NCBI GenBank assembly: GCA_964016885.1
Contig: OZ024743.1
Location: forward strand, 7,688,001 to 7,752,000
DNA: 64,000 bases
Reading direction: 5' to 3'
Origin: Eledone cirrhosa
Lineage: Eukaryota
The notes beneath the pieces were generated by a model that had not been told where the DNA came from, searched no databases, and saw nothing but the letters and a program-made list of their open reading frames with translations. The position numbers were made by a program, and so were the translations under genes. Below, piece by piece: positions 49,951-62,485 of the stretch; position 1 is the stretch's first letter; the number at the start of each line of letters is the position of its first letter.

Positions 49951-51661
49951 TTCATCATATCGTAATAATGCTTGTTCAAGGTATTTGGGATAGATAATGC
50001 CATCGAGAGATATCTGAGTTATAGCTATCTATTTCATGAAATAGTTACTTATCTCAGTAGAAAATAGACCAATGTTACTTTATGCCAATAATGTATTACT
50101 AACATTGTTGCATAAACATATGGAACTATTTTTCATAATGATCATTTCTCTTCAGATATTTTAGTTTTAATTTCTGCAAATTGTTGTTGATTTTGTTCCA
50201 TAAACATGTTCAACTTTGGTCAAGTAGATGAATGCTGTTGTATCTGTTTGTATGAATTTAATTTAACATGTAAGCATGAAAGGATAGTGGTTAAATTTTG
50301 CTGAAGTAATAAAGCGTTTCCTTTTGAATCACTGTAGGAGGGGTCGCTCATTTAAAGCATTTTTGCATCTGTCCTTGTTGTTTAAGTCCCAAAATTATGA
50401 GCAACGGCGTGAATATCCCACTACCTTTGTCTATTTCTAATCGGTAGCTTGAGGGAGACTTAGTTGTTATTTTTAGCTAGTGGAGTAACTACGTTGAACA
50501 GTGATTCCCTAACTCGGGTAATTAATCCAACTAGAGCACTCACTATATTTGGGCAGAGTTATATTAGAGGCACAGCAAAGGAACCTCAATCACATGCCCT
50601 GTAGTTGACGTGAGCTAAATCAACACGCTGCGCCAGATATACGTGAAACCAATAAGAAAGTACAAAACCATAAACATATGTGTAGCTGGCACTAATCTAT
50701 TTTAAGAATTGAATTCGTGCTAAAAATGGATACTTTGGTATATCAGGAGACACACGTTTTATTATAATTATCAATTTTGGTTTCTTTTTTGATCGGATAA
50801 TGAATTAAGACCTAAAATTTCATCTCTAAAACAGTAATTAGCTGATTCGCATCTTTATGGGAAACCTTAATATAATCAGTTTATTTTACGGGGGGTGGGG
50901 GGTGGAGATGGTATTGGTTTCGTGACTGGAAAGTCTTTTATTATAGGTCAACTGAACCAGTTCTGAGGTTGAGCTAAATAACAACAAAGCAGGAAAACGA
51001 GGAAATAAAATAGAGCCAAAATATTCGCAGCAACTAGCTCTCGTAAAGCTAATACTCACGCCAACAAACAATACTAGCAATAATTGACAGCTTTAACATA
51101 TGAATATGTTCAAATTGGGATTATTAAAGATAGAATGGTGGAGAAGTGTTTCTTTTCTTTATAATTTTTACAAGGTTTACTATTATTAACCACAATCAGT
51201 TGTTTGTATTTCATTCAAAGATATAGTAAATCTCCTCTAAAACCACATAAAATATGAATGAAAGTAATAGAATGGCATATCATTAGTTATAAGTGTAGAT
51301 AATGTAGAATATGTGAAAATGAAAAAAAAAAAAACAGAAATAATAATGTCGTTGATACTTATATGTTGTTCTTGTTTGGTTTCAGAATATTCTTGGTCAA
51401 TCGGACTTAATGACAAATATATTATAGCTAGTTTAGTTTCAGAATATACTTAATTGCGAGCAAAAACAGTAGATTATATATATATCTGATTATATATATA
51501 TCTGATGACGTCACACAAGTGCATGTCGCTGTAGCAACGATTGCACATCTGCTACATGCCGGTGACATAGAAATACGTATATTTAATAAATATAATTATG
51601 TAACTTCTGTCTTAACGCTTATTTCACACACACACACACACACGAATATACCAACACAGAA

Positions 51662-51694
<33 letters not shown>

Positions 51695-51725
51695 CACACA
51701 TATACACACATATATATATAATTAT

Positions 51726-51983
51726 AAAGTCAGCTCAAAAGTGACACGGAGGAGACTGAGGTTAGCTGGACATGCTCACCGACATCCTGAGATGACACTG
51801 CACTCAGTGCTCCTGTGGGAGCCCCAGCATAGACACATTGGAAGAGGAAGACCGAGGTTAACGTATGTTGATGCCCTAAGGACAGACACCGGTCTGTTGG
51901 AGACGCAGGACATGGCAGCGATAATGAGGGACAGATACCGCTGGAGAGAACTCGTCCATGGATCTCGGGAATTTTACCCGCCC
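51726..51983 (+). mobile_element. 3' fragment of an RTE-clade LINE ORF
   Basis: Translation RRRLRLAGHAHR...VLLWEPQH...GRGRPRLTYVD...MRDRYRWRELV matches the RTE C-terminal pattern RRLRW.GH..R / W.P / RGRP / DR..WR. Flanked by microsatellites. Confidence 0.8.
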
Positions 51984-52002
51984 TATATATATATATATAT
52001 TG

Positions 52003-52219
52003 TGAAAGCGTGTGGCTGAGTGGTTAGAGAATTGGATTCGTAATCGTAAGGTTGTGAGTTCGATTCCTGGACCAGGTGATGCGTTATGTCCTTGAGCAAG
52101 CGACTTTATTTCACGTTGCTCCTTCTACCTGGAGTTGCGACCGATAGATAGTATTAGCAATTGGAAAGACCAACGGAAACATTGTTCCCTCGGTCCGATT
52201 TGACGAAAGTCGATCGTTC

Positions 52220-52220
<1 letters not shown>
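52003..52220 (+). mobile_element. tRNA-derived SINE, family B
   Basis: A-box TGGCTGAGTGG (52013-52023), B-box GTTCGATTCC (52058-52067), central block shared with 41210-41508. Ends at a (TA)n run. Confidence 0.8.
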
Positions 52221-52281
<61 letters not shown>

Positions 52282-52285
<4 letters not shown>

Positions 52286-52468
52286 GTTTCTACTTTAGGC
52301 ACAAGGTCAGCAATTATCCCAGCGTATTACTGGTACTTTATTTTATCGACCCCGTAAGGATGAAAGGCAAAGTTAACCTCGGCGGAATTTAAACTCAGAC
52401 CACAAAGGGCCGTAACTCTATGCTGCAAACCATGGCGCCTGACCCTCTACCGATACTGCCAATCCACC
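52282..52468 (-). mobile_element. SINE family A copy (short variant)
   Basis: Close match to 42470-42657. Confidence 0.88.
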
Positions 52469-52594
52469 AATAATGATACTATTTATAGTTATGTATATAT
52501 CATAAACAACTATAAACAGGAAAGGTCAGTAATTGCTAAGAAACGATTGTCAGCAATAAAATGTTTTGAACATAACTTTGAGAATTGTGTAATT

Positions 52595-52669
<75 letters not shown>

Positions 52670-52732
52670 TATAATAATTATATATATATAAATTTTATAT
52701 AGGATTTTAATTTCCTGTTTAAACATTCTTTA

Positions 52733-52779
52733 TGCTCCGATGATTTCAGACATTCGTCTGGAAGAAACAATTGTCAGCA
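52733..52779 (+). ncRNA. Minimal type I hammerhead ribozyme-like motif with a U4C core change
   Basis: TGCT-CCGATGA-TTTCAGAC(ATTC)GTCTGGAA-GAAAC-AATT-GTC-AGCA: helix I TGCT/AGCA, 8-bp helix II, palindromic helix III ACAATTGT, GUC cleavage triplet. Confidence 0.65.
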
Positions 52780-52811
52780 ATTAAATGTATTAAACTAAGA
52801 TTTGATTGTTT

Positions 52812-52897
<86 letters not shown>

Positions 52898-53171
52898 GGG
52901 GAAAGAGACGGAATTATGAGTTCGTTCTGGAGGGGACTGCAAAGAAGTGAATGAAATATACCCCTCCCACTCGATCAATCATTTAACCTGCTTATTTATC
53001 TAATATTTTCATTCGTTAATGTTTCGTTGTCGGTAGAAACTTCGAAGTCCCAAACATTCTGCAGTTCAATTGAATAAATTATTTAGACTCTACTCTTGTA
53101 TTAAAGCTTAGTCAGTTTATGCCACACGTAGTTTTCTGAAGTTCATTATGTTATATAAAAACACAAATGCC

Positions 53172-53337
<166 letters not shown>

Positions 53338-53418
53338 AAGAAAGAGGGTGTGGTAAGATACTAGGTGGACCATAACGCACCAGAGTACTCAATACTTAGG
53401 GTAGGAGAGTGGGTAATC

Positions 53419-53511
53419 GGAAAAGAGTCAAGACCTCGACGGCTGAGCTCCAGTGTTCGGATCTAGCTGTCGAAACGGCCGGAGCTCAGCCGTCGGGGTC
53501 TTGACTCTTTT

Positions 53512-53513
<2 letters not shown>
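53419..53513. repeat. 33-bp GC-rich inverted repeat (one mismatch) with 29-nt spacer
   Basis: GGAAAAGAGTCAAGACCTCGACGGCTGAGCTCC (53419-53451) pairs with GGAGCTCAGCCGTCGGGGTCTTGACTCTTTTCC (53481-53513). Confidence 0.92.
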
Positions 53514-53578
<65 letters not shown>

Positions 53579-53984
53579 ATGTGTGTGTGTGTGAGTGTGA
53601 ATGTGTGTGTGTGTATGTATATATATCACACTCACAAACACACACACACATATATAGTTGTAGACCGAGTGTGTGCGTAACATTCAAAATACGTTTGCAA
53701 CGCTTACTTGAATCCTGAGTAATGTACTAGAAAATATATTTCTATTTCTAATCTCACACTACGGGGTATATTATTTCTTAAATCCTTTTGCCAGTAATTT
53801 TCACATCTACCATGAAAATACTACATCAATATATTTCTAGTTTTGTCAAGTACATAGATATATTTTCAGAATATCATTCTGAAAATATAAATCCTCTGTA
53901 TTTCACCTCTTTCTTTACATTATCCCCATTCTCTTCCTCCTCTTCCCCTTTATCGTCGTCGTCCTGGTCCCCCCTCCCCTCCTC

Positions 53985-54047
53985 CCCATCATCATTGTCA
54001 CCATCATCATCATCATCACCATCATCATCACCACCACCACCACCACC

Positions 54048-54095
<48 letters not shown>

Positions 54096-54193
54096 GTCAT
54101 CGTCAACATCAACACCTTCGACGTCGTCGTCATCACCACCACCACCACGACGACGACGACGACGACGACCACCACCACCATCATCATCATCAT
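53985..54193. repeat. Compound trinucleotide microsatellite (CAT/CAC/CGT/CGA)
   Basis: Read directly. It explains the poly-S/P/D/G/M/V ORFs. Confidence 0.93.
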
Positions 54194-55046
54194 AGACTGT
54201 ATCAAAGTCATAATCAGTGAAAACAATTGGAGATGTAGACAAATGCAGATGCTGCATCACTCTGACTTTTATCTAAATATAATTATTACCGTTGTATTCT
54301 TTCATTCTTTAATTGGTTCTAGTAATACGACTGTGGCCATGCTGGAACACCACCTTCAAGGGTATTGTGGAATGCTACGGAATCCAGTAATCGAGAGAAA
54401 TATCATTCTTATCTCTACTATAATAAAGAAGTGCGGGACTGCACCCAGAATATAATTTGTTACCCCGTTTGTAAAATAAGTTGGATTACTTTGAATAAAT
54501 AATGAATGAATATTATATAATTTATCTGCTAAATTTCGTAGCTTTTAATTAAATATATTTTATTGCTTATTTAAAGATTCACTTCTTTAAAATGTTCAAA
54601 TGTCAACACTTCCGGTTAGCGATCGCTTAAATAAACATTCCTATATATTTCCGTCGCCTAATGCAGTTTATATATAAGATCGTCTTTTTTAATGTATCAT
54701 GGATTACGTTACTGATTACATAAGACAGTGTAACGCAGTCTTCGTTCAATTTCTGTGTATATTGTCAATTATGATTTTATTTGATGTATCATATCTGCAT
54801 GCATGTATATTTGCGTATAATATCAATATACACACTACACATGGTAGCAGAAGACCACCCGAACGGTGGTTTTTTCTGCTAGTCTTTTTAAAATATATTT
54901 TCGTGAATGACCTCATTGACATATGGTCCCAAGTAGGAAGGCTTCTTATAATGGTTGACAACAACGGCATCATCATCAACATCAACAACAATAACGACGA
55001 CCATGACAAGAAGAAGAAGAAGAGAAAAACAACAACAACAATAATG

Positions 55047-55101
55047 ATTGTTTCTACTTTTGGCACAAGGCCAGCAATTACCCCAGTGCATTACTGGTAC
55101 T
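55047..55101 (-). mobile_element. 3'-terminal fragment of SINE family A
   Basis: attgtttctacttttggcacaaggccagcaattaccccagtgcattactggtact matches 42471-42525. Confidence 0.8.
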
Positions 55102-55420
55102 GAAGTATGAAATTTCAAAAATGTGGAAGATGTAAAAGTTGGGAAGGATACCAGTAGTTAGTGCTTTTTGATGAATTGATGAATTGATAAAAAAATTAAA
55201 ATTGAATCTTACAGAGGAAATGTTAGAGAAACGTTGTTTGCTTGGAACGGTTAGAATAATATGAAAGGTATTGGATATAAACTGGAAAGAAGGAATCACT
55301 GTCATGATATCTGAGACCACTTGATGTGGTCCGATATCTTGACTAAACCAGGAATTAAGATCAATTCTGAGAGAGGACATGATAGTGATGATGACGATGA
55401 TGATAATATTGATGATGGTA
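55100..55420 (+). mobile_element. Degraded 3' end of a restriction-like-endonuclease non-LTR element (R4/Dong-like)
   Basis: Manual translation LKYEISKMWKM*KLGRIPVVSAF...IKKLKLNLTEEMLEKRCLLGTVRII*KVLD resembles the R4/Dong C-terminal pattern EI..LW......IPVV.GALG...LQK..LLGT..I.RKVL (from recall). A (GAT)n-like tail follows. Confidence 0.6.
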
Positions 55421-55638
55421 ATGGTTTCTGATATAGGCACAAGGCTAACCATTTTGGAGGAGGGGAAAGTCGATTACATCGACCCTAGTGCGTTACTGGT
55501 ACTTTATTTCATCGACACCGCAAAGATGAAAAACAAAGTTAACCTCGGCGGGATTTGAACTCAGAATGTAAAGGGCCATAACTCTATGCTTCAAAGCATG
55601 GTATCTGACGCTCTACCGATACTGCCAATCCACCGCCC
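55421..55638 (-). mobile_element. SINE family A copy (long variant, full head)
   Basis: Same head and centre as 42470-42657, plus an extra TTTTGGAGGAGGGGAAAGTCGATTACATCGACCC segment. Confidence 0.85.
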
Positions 55639-55674
<36 letters not shown>

Positions 55675-56045
55675 TGCTTTCTTTATTAACCACAAGGGTT
55701 TACACAAAGTAAGACATTAAGGACGGTACAAATGGGCATTTCTGCATGTAAAAAAAAACAACAGGGGATGTAACAAAAAAGAAACAATGAAAAATTCCCC
55801 AATAGGGGGGAGACTTCCGAGTGCCATCGTGGAGAAAGCCTATTAAAAAAGCCACGGTGACCCTGACCACCAGGGCAAGTGCCCTCTCCCAGTTTTCCAC
55901 CTTCAATTTACAGGCATATACTCAATAATAATAATAATAGTAATAAAAGCCTGTATAACTCAGCGACTAAATGAAGTTGTGTTTGCTATAAAATTGTTCT
56001 GATCCAACGGAATTAAAGGCCATTCCAGTCTCCGGACAGTTTTCT

Positions 56046-56262
56046 TGGTATAGTTTATGCACCTACAGCATAGTTGTACCATTCTCCTCTTCGGCTAAAC
56101 TGGTATAGTTTATACACCTACAGCATAGTTGTACCATTCTCCTCTTCGGCTAAACTGGTATAGTTTATACACTTACAGCATAGTTGTACCATTCTCCTCT
56201 TCGGCTAAACTGGTATAGTTTATACACCTACAGCATAGTTGTACCATTCTCCTCTTCGGCTA
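56046..56262. repeat. 55-bp minisatellite, about 4 copies
   Basis: TGGTATAGTTTATACACCTACAGCATAGTTGTACCATTCTCCTCTTCGGCTAAAC starts at 56046, 56101, 56156 and 56211, with two single substitutions. Confidence 0.95.
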
Positions 56263-59033
56263 CACTCACTGCCGCCACCATCTTGTGCTTATTTTCTGGC
56301 GGCATATTCACCATTTTTACTTTCGCAATTCGATGATCTATATTCGATGATATGAAGATGTACACCTTACGCTTGATTGGAATGGCTCTTTGCTTCAACA
56401 TAACAGAGAGATCTAACGCCTGCCGTTTCATAACACATGGTAGGAGTGTCGAAAGCTATGCTGTGACACATTGCATTCAATCACTTTTTCACTTGGACTA
56501 TTGTTGACCTTTTCAAGCTCCAGCTTTTAATGCCTATGCATTTTGTACTGTGTCGCTCATCTCTCGACCCTTTCCGTCACCTACAGGTACATTGCTATAA
56601 TACTGTCACTACCATCTTCCCTTGTGAGTTTTCTTTTCTTGTTTCTTCTGTAGCTTTAGTATCTCTTTGACTTCCGTAGCATTTATAAAAGGAGCAGTTT
56701 TAGCAGCCTTCTTGTTGTAGTTGTGTTATTGTAGCTGTTATTGGCTTAGGAATGTGACAGTGTTTCTTGGTACTATGATACTCGGCTGACTTTTCACTGA
56801 GCTGATGGTGTTGTTGTTATTATTGTTCTAATTATTTCTGCTTTCAATGTTGTTAGAAATTTGTATTCACTATCGGAGTTATTGCTTCTTACAAAGTCTG
56901 TGATAGCAATGGTGGCTGGGGTAGCCACTCCATGGCCAATATACCGAAACATTCGTCAGAAAAGAAGTAAACGAAAGTGTAAGTCAACACTGGCGCAAAA
57001 GCCGTGTGCTAAAATGAGTAACATGTTTGATTTTAACCGCGTAGAGACAATTACAAAAAGAAAATAATGAAGGAGTATGTTAACAATTGAACCAGACGCA
57101 AAAAAAAAACGCAAGAGGACGACTAATCCACTGTCGTATGATGTATAAGGATTCCTTTCTAAATTGAGGTCCACGCGAGAGGGTGTTTCATTAATGGAAG
57201 AGTGAATAGGGTCAGAACACAGAAAAATACTTAGACAGTTATCACACATTAAAGTAGGCATATACGGAGAATATGGGATGCTTCTTTGTCTTGGCCTACA
57301 TAAAAAAATGTTACCCGAAACCTTTTGGTGCAGAAAACTCCAGTACGAATAATGTTAGGCGAGCTGAGACATGGAATGCTGTAGCCTGACCTAACCTGGG
57401 TTCTCACTCATGTGAGGGTGATAAAATTAAATGCTATGTATCTTCTTTTTAAATAATATCATGGTTTATTCGTATGTTTAAAACTTTTTAAAATGTCTTC
57501 TTTATATAACTTCTCTGACTAACCTCCTCCATCTTGGTACAATTTTATCTCTTCGACAAGTTTTCTATAACGCCCCTAGACTTTAACGTTTTATGTAATT
57601 GCATATTTGAATGATGATTATAGTTGTCCCGACGAATAAATAAAAGAAACAACTGCTATTATTACTATTATTGTAAATGAAGAGTATTATTTATCTAGAA
57701 GGGGTGTAGACGTGAGTGTGTAGATGCGCTGTGAATGTTGTGTTATTATGTTGAGAAGGGAAAGTCTTGTGTTGAATGTGTAGTGTACTTAATAATGCTG
57801 TTCTTTTTTTTGGCATTGTAAATTACTCCACTTCCGTCGCAAAGATAAAAAACGAGCAGCTATTTATTTGCTTTCTCCTTATATGTTCAAAGTGTCTGCC
57901 TATGCAAAATTCATTATTACATAGGTATTCCTTATTATGTTTGCTATATACTTCAAGTCAGCATCAATCATTCCGACACTTCATACATTAGATTTTATTA
58001 CGGCTCACTTGCAAAAAAATGTAAAACTGTCAAATCGACTGAAGCTATTCGTTCCCAAAGTGAGTGTCCTCTAGATGTTTTTCCATAAGATGATTCGCTA
58101 CTGTTCGCGCTATTGTCATGTACTTTGCTTGTTGTTTACTAAATCCATACCTAATTACATAACATAAACCAAGAAAATGACGGACCGTTTACATGGGCAT
58201 TTGGTCTGTTCAAAAAGGTAACCAAATCTCTCCTAATTCACCCTAGCTTTCTATAAAAAAAAGAAATATTCATTGGGTGATGTAGTTCTAGATGCATTAC
58301 ACCTAAAATGACAGTGCTGTCATGGTTGTGACAGGTTTAGTCATAAGTCTACTCGAATGGAACTGGCATAAGTGTTATTGTTTTTGAACACATCACGTAT
58401 TTTTTGAGTTGGGTTTGTGAACAACGGAGCAGTTGAGTGTAGTAATCTGAATGTGTTGGAAATTGAAGAGAGGAACATATGAGTGATGATGTTAAAGGGG
58501 AAGATTTGTGAACGTGGAAGGGTGATAGGTCTGTATTATGCTGCTTCAGTTGGGATTCTGCTAAGTTTTAAAATTGTGATGCCATGTAGGTTTGAAGACT
58601 CTGGTGATTTGAAAGTCTCCATATGAATAGCTGAAGATGTTTATAACTAACAATATCTTCAGATCCTGGGTATTTAAGATGTACATTTGAATTTTGTTAA
58701 TTTCTCAGGTCTTTAAGTTTTGGGATTTCTATATTAATTTTTATAGAAAGTAGTTAAGATGAGTAGTTTGTATTCCTGATTTGTTAGCTGATTTTAGATA
58801 ATGTCGGATTAATTGAATTTGCTTGCCATTGAAATGTGAGTGTGTCATTTGAAATTGTTACTGTGTCGTGTGGCGTGGCCTTTGTTAGAATTGTTAATGA
58901 TAACAATTACTATATATAGTATTTTATTGATGGTCACAAGTCTTTGCTTGTTTCCTGCTTTTTTTTTGTTTATTCCTTTGTTGTTTCCCTGTTTAGTAGT
59001 TTGACACTGAGTCTTATATCTGTTGTAAGTGAT

Positions 59034-59183
59034 GGCGTATTGTGTGTGGGACGTATTGTGTATGGGGCGTAGTGTGTGTGTGGAGCGTAGTGTGTGTGTG
59101 GGGCGTATTGTGTGTGTGGTGTAGTGTGTTTATGGTGTATTGTGTGTGTGTGTAGTGTATTGTGTGGGGGACATATTGTGTGT
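59034..59183. repeat. Degenerate GT-rich minisatellite (GGCGTATTGTGTGTG-like)
   Basis: Read directly. Confidence 0.8.
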
Positions 59184-60374
59184 CTTTTTCAGTTTGTTAT
59201 CCGTTTTTTTTAAATGTTGAATCATGATTCATGTTTCGTTCCACATCGAAAATTATTTTGTTGAACGTATGTAGTGCTGTACCCATAACCTCGTTATACA
59301 CCAATAGCATATAAAGTAGTAAATGAGGAAAGAGACTGGCACACTTTGCAGTCGTGACCAGTATAATTTGCAGGCTTACAAGAATAGACTGGACAATACA
59401 GAACATTCAAAATTTTAAAATATTCCCACTATACTCCATACGATTAAAAATTGCATGACGAAATGTGTAATGAGTTTTTCAGTTAGACAGTTGCATAGTA
59501 TATCTACAGTTATGGATATACAGATCACACCTAGTCATACGGCCGACTACCTACTTGTCATCGATCAAATAGATTAGAGCCGACCTAGGGCTACGATAGG
59601 TAGGTCTATCAAAATATAGTTATTTAATTTGCAGAGTGTCTTATATATACATTACTGTGTTTTTGCTCTATCGAATATCTAAAAGTCCTTTTGGAATTCC
59701 CTCTCTATTCATGTCGATTTTTTTCTTGCAACCGTTGATTTGTACTTGTTTAAGAGAAACGTTAACTATATCGATCTCATATGCATCGAGGGATCGATAG
59801 AGTTAACAGTTTGCCATGGCTGTGGGCATAATAACTCCCTCCAGACCAAAAAAGATAATTATCTGATTTCAATAAAACAAAATTGATAAAATATTATTTG
59901 AGATTTTTCTTTAATTACATAGATCATTAAATATTTAACTTACTCTTCTGCAATAAACCTTAATTCATTACGAATCATGTCGCTAATTTTTTCCTTCTCT
60001 CTAATCAACATCTTACACATTATACTTATGTCAATATTATTCTTATGTCAACCGTTTAAAGTTATAGGTAGTTTAATTAATGGTCTTTGTCAATAAACTA
60101 TTGCCGATATAAATCCAGACAAATTTGAGTAATGTTCAAAACTGTCCAATAAACATCTAGTAGATAGCCACAGGTGTAGCGGATAATTGAAGATATCTTA
60201 TACTCGACATTTCCGTTTCCACCCTCTCTTCATTGGCAGGCAGAATAACTCCCCCAAACCCTGTCTGAAACGTCGGCAGTTTAACCAAATATACATTAAC
60301 AAAGATCTATTTCAGAAATATAGAAATACGCAAACTCATACAGATATGCATGTATATATATACAAACGCACACA

Positions 60375-60377
<3 letters not shown>

Positions 60378-60438
<61 letters not shown>

Positions 60439-60464
60439 CATATGTACGTACGTACGTACATACA

Positions 60465-60498
<34 letters not shown>

Positions 60499-60522
60499 TA
60501 CATACACACATACTTACATACA
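60378..60522. repeat. (TA)n/(TACA)n microsatellite cluster
   Basis: Read directly. Confidence 0.92.
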
Positions 60523-61827
60523 CTACAAAGAATGTATAGCACATATAAATCTCCTAATGTCAGAATAATAGAAAAAATATTAAAAAAGCACCAAATATCA
60601 GGATTCTGGAGTGGCAGAACATTAAACATAAAAAAATAGTCCCTTAAAGAGTATAAAAACAACCGTCTACCCACATGAATATTTATGACTATATGCTTCA
60701 ATAAAAATGATATTTCGTGGATAACAGTGGAGTCTACTTGCAAGGAAGCACATAAAAGAAAACGCACGTGAATACTATTTGCCATTGGCGTTATTTTGCT
60801 ATAGATACATATATTAATATACACATTTCTGAGAGAGGCCAACACATTTTCATAAATTTAGACTTTGATCAGAAAAGGTAACAATAAATATACAAAAAAC
60901 GTATTTGAAAGATAGAGATAAAATAAGTAGCACTCTAGATAAATAGCAACTGAAAATAGACAGCCTCTCGAAGAATACATGTTTAAGTAGGAATAACAAT
61001 ATATACAATATATACAATATTTTATGAGTGAGGTAAGGATGTATACTTTGGAATGATCTACTAAATATTTTTAATCGAGAGGAAGCTTTTCAGAAAGATG
61101 CTAACTGGAGCAATGAGACCAGGATAATATAGTAGACAAAGTATAACACTGTGTGAGATAAGTTCAATTTTAGATGGGAGATCAAATTTCTTTTGACTGT
61201 TGTATGTGTTTGGTTGGTGTAGTAACATTGAGAAGGCATCTTTGAGAGTGGATGACTGAGATTACCACCCACTGCGAATCCTTTGTAATTTTTAAGTTTC
61301 TTTGTCTTATACGACGAAGAACCAAGGCATATAAAATGCTGAAGTAAGCTACTTAAGTAAGATCCATGTCGAGAAGGTGTGAATTTTATGTTGCAAAGTC
61401 GTTTACTATATTCGTGAACGAATTTTGAATTCATTAAGAGAAATCTTGAGATAGTTGAGTGCTGAACTGAATACTCTAAATATTGTATCGACCTAAAGAG
61501 TGTCGTACTGGATGCAATATTGATATTACGATGTATTTGATTGTATACAAAACACAAACAGACAGACAGACATACACACATGCACGCACACACGCACGCG
61601 CGTACACACACGCACGCGCGTACACACACGCACGCACACACATACAGGTGTGAGTACGAAGAAAAGAAAAAGTATTTATATTAATAGTTTGACATATTTC
61701 TGCATTTTTCTATTTTCTGCGTTAACAGTCTTGAAATCGCTGGTTATGCAGAAATAATTCATACTGTCATTATAAACACTCGCTCACACACAGACGCAAG
61801 CACGCACGCACACACAGATGAAAATAT

Positions 61828-61828
<1 letters not shown>

Positions 61829-61904
<76 letters not shown>

Positions 61905-61931
61905 TATATATACTAAAATTACTATATATAT

Positions 61932-61998
<67 letters not shown>
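61829..61998. repeat. (CA)n, (TC)n and (TA)n microsatellites
   Basis: Read directly. Confidence 0.93.
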
Positions 61999-61999
<1 letters not shown>

Positions 62000-62234
62000 T
62001 TTAAACCAAAACTGAATACTAACCAATACTATTACTAATTTTTACTTATTCCTAATTAAACTATTTTTCACTGGGAACAATTTGTCAGCATTTTCTTTTC
62101 CTTTTACCAATATATATATAAGTTGTAATAAAATGAAAACGAAATTTCATTTCTCACTCTTAGTACGGCACTTACTTAAATGTAAGTATGTATGTATACG
62201 TACATACATATATGTATACAGACGTACAGTAGCA

Positions 62235-62290
<56 letters not shown>

Positions 62291-62442
62291 CAGGTACACA
62301 TACATATATGTACGTATCAGTTTAGCGGACGCTTATTATAACATCCGCTTTGTTCGTTTGTAAACAAACTGAACAGCCTGAATTTATGCCGTACGGTGTT
62401 AAGGCAACCACGTCACCTTTTTTGTTCAACACTGACACAGGA

Positions 62443-62485
62443 ACGATGTACTAGTTTCAAGCTTGTTAGCTATCATCAGCACCGT
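62443..62485 (-). ncRNA. Minimal type I hammerhead ribozyme motif with intact catalytic core
   Basis: Minus strand ACGGTG-CTGATGA-T-AGCT(AACA)AGCT-T-GAAAC-TA-GTA-CATCGT: helix I 6 bp (one G-U), canonical CUGAUGA and GAAA, helix II 4 bp with a U-U at its base, palindromic helix III ACTAGT, GUA cleavage triplet. Confidence 0.72.

Noticed and set aside
52003-52075. tRNA gene
   Set aside because: A and B boxes are present, but there is no clean cloverleaf and the sequence continues into a SINE body shared with another copy.
53788-54260. Ser/Pro- or Asp/Gly-rich protein ORFs
   Set aside because: Compound trinucleotide microsatellite, open in several frames, with no splice or homology support.
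55676-55915. Possible minus-strand LINE 3' UTR (AATAAA followed by a (TTA)n tail)
   Set aside because: Plausible, but there is no coding motif or second copy in the window to support it.
56228-56431. Possible pogo/Tigger transposase remnant
   Set aside because: Only a vague resemblance; no terminal inverted repeats or DDE motifs seen.
56895-56962. Hammerhead-like CTGTGA...GAAAC-ATTC-GTC
   Set aside because: The core lacks a base, helix III is not palindromic and helix I does not pair.
59761-59808. 16-bp hairpin
   Set aside because: Short, AT-rich and built from self-palindromic words; no further support.
61255-61300. Candidate upstream Wnt5 exon ending TG|gtaatc (also TG|gtgaga near 49435)
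   Set aside because: In-frame stops lie just upstream and there is no signal-peptide-like sequence. The upstream exon was not identified in this window.
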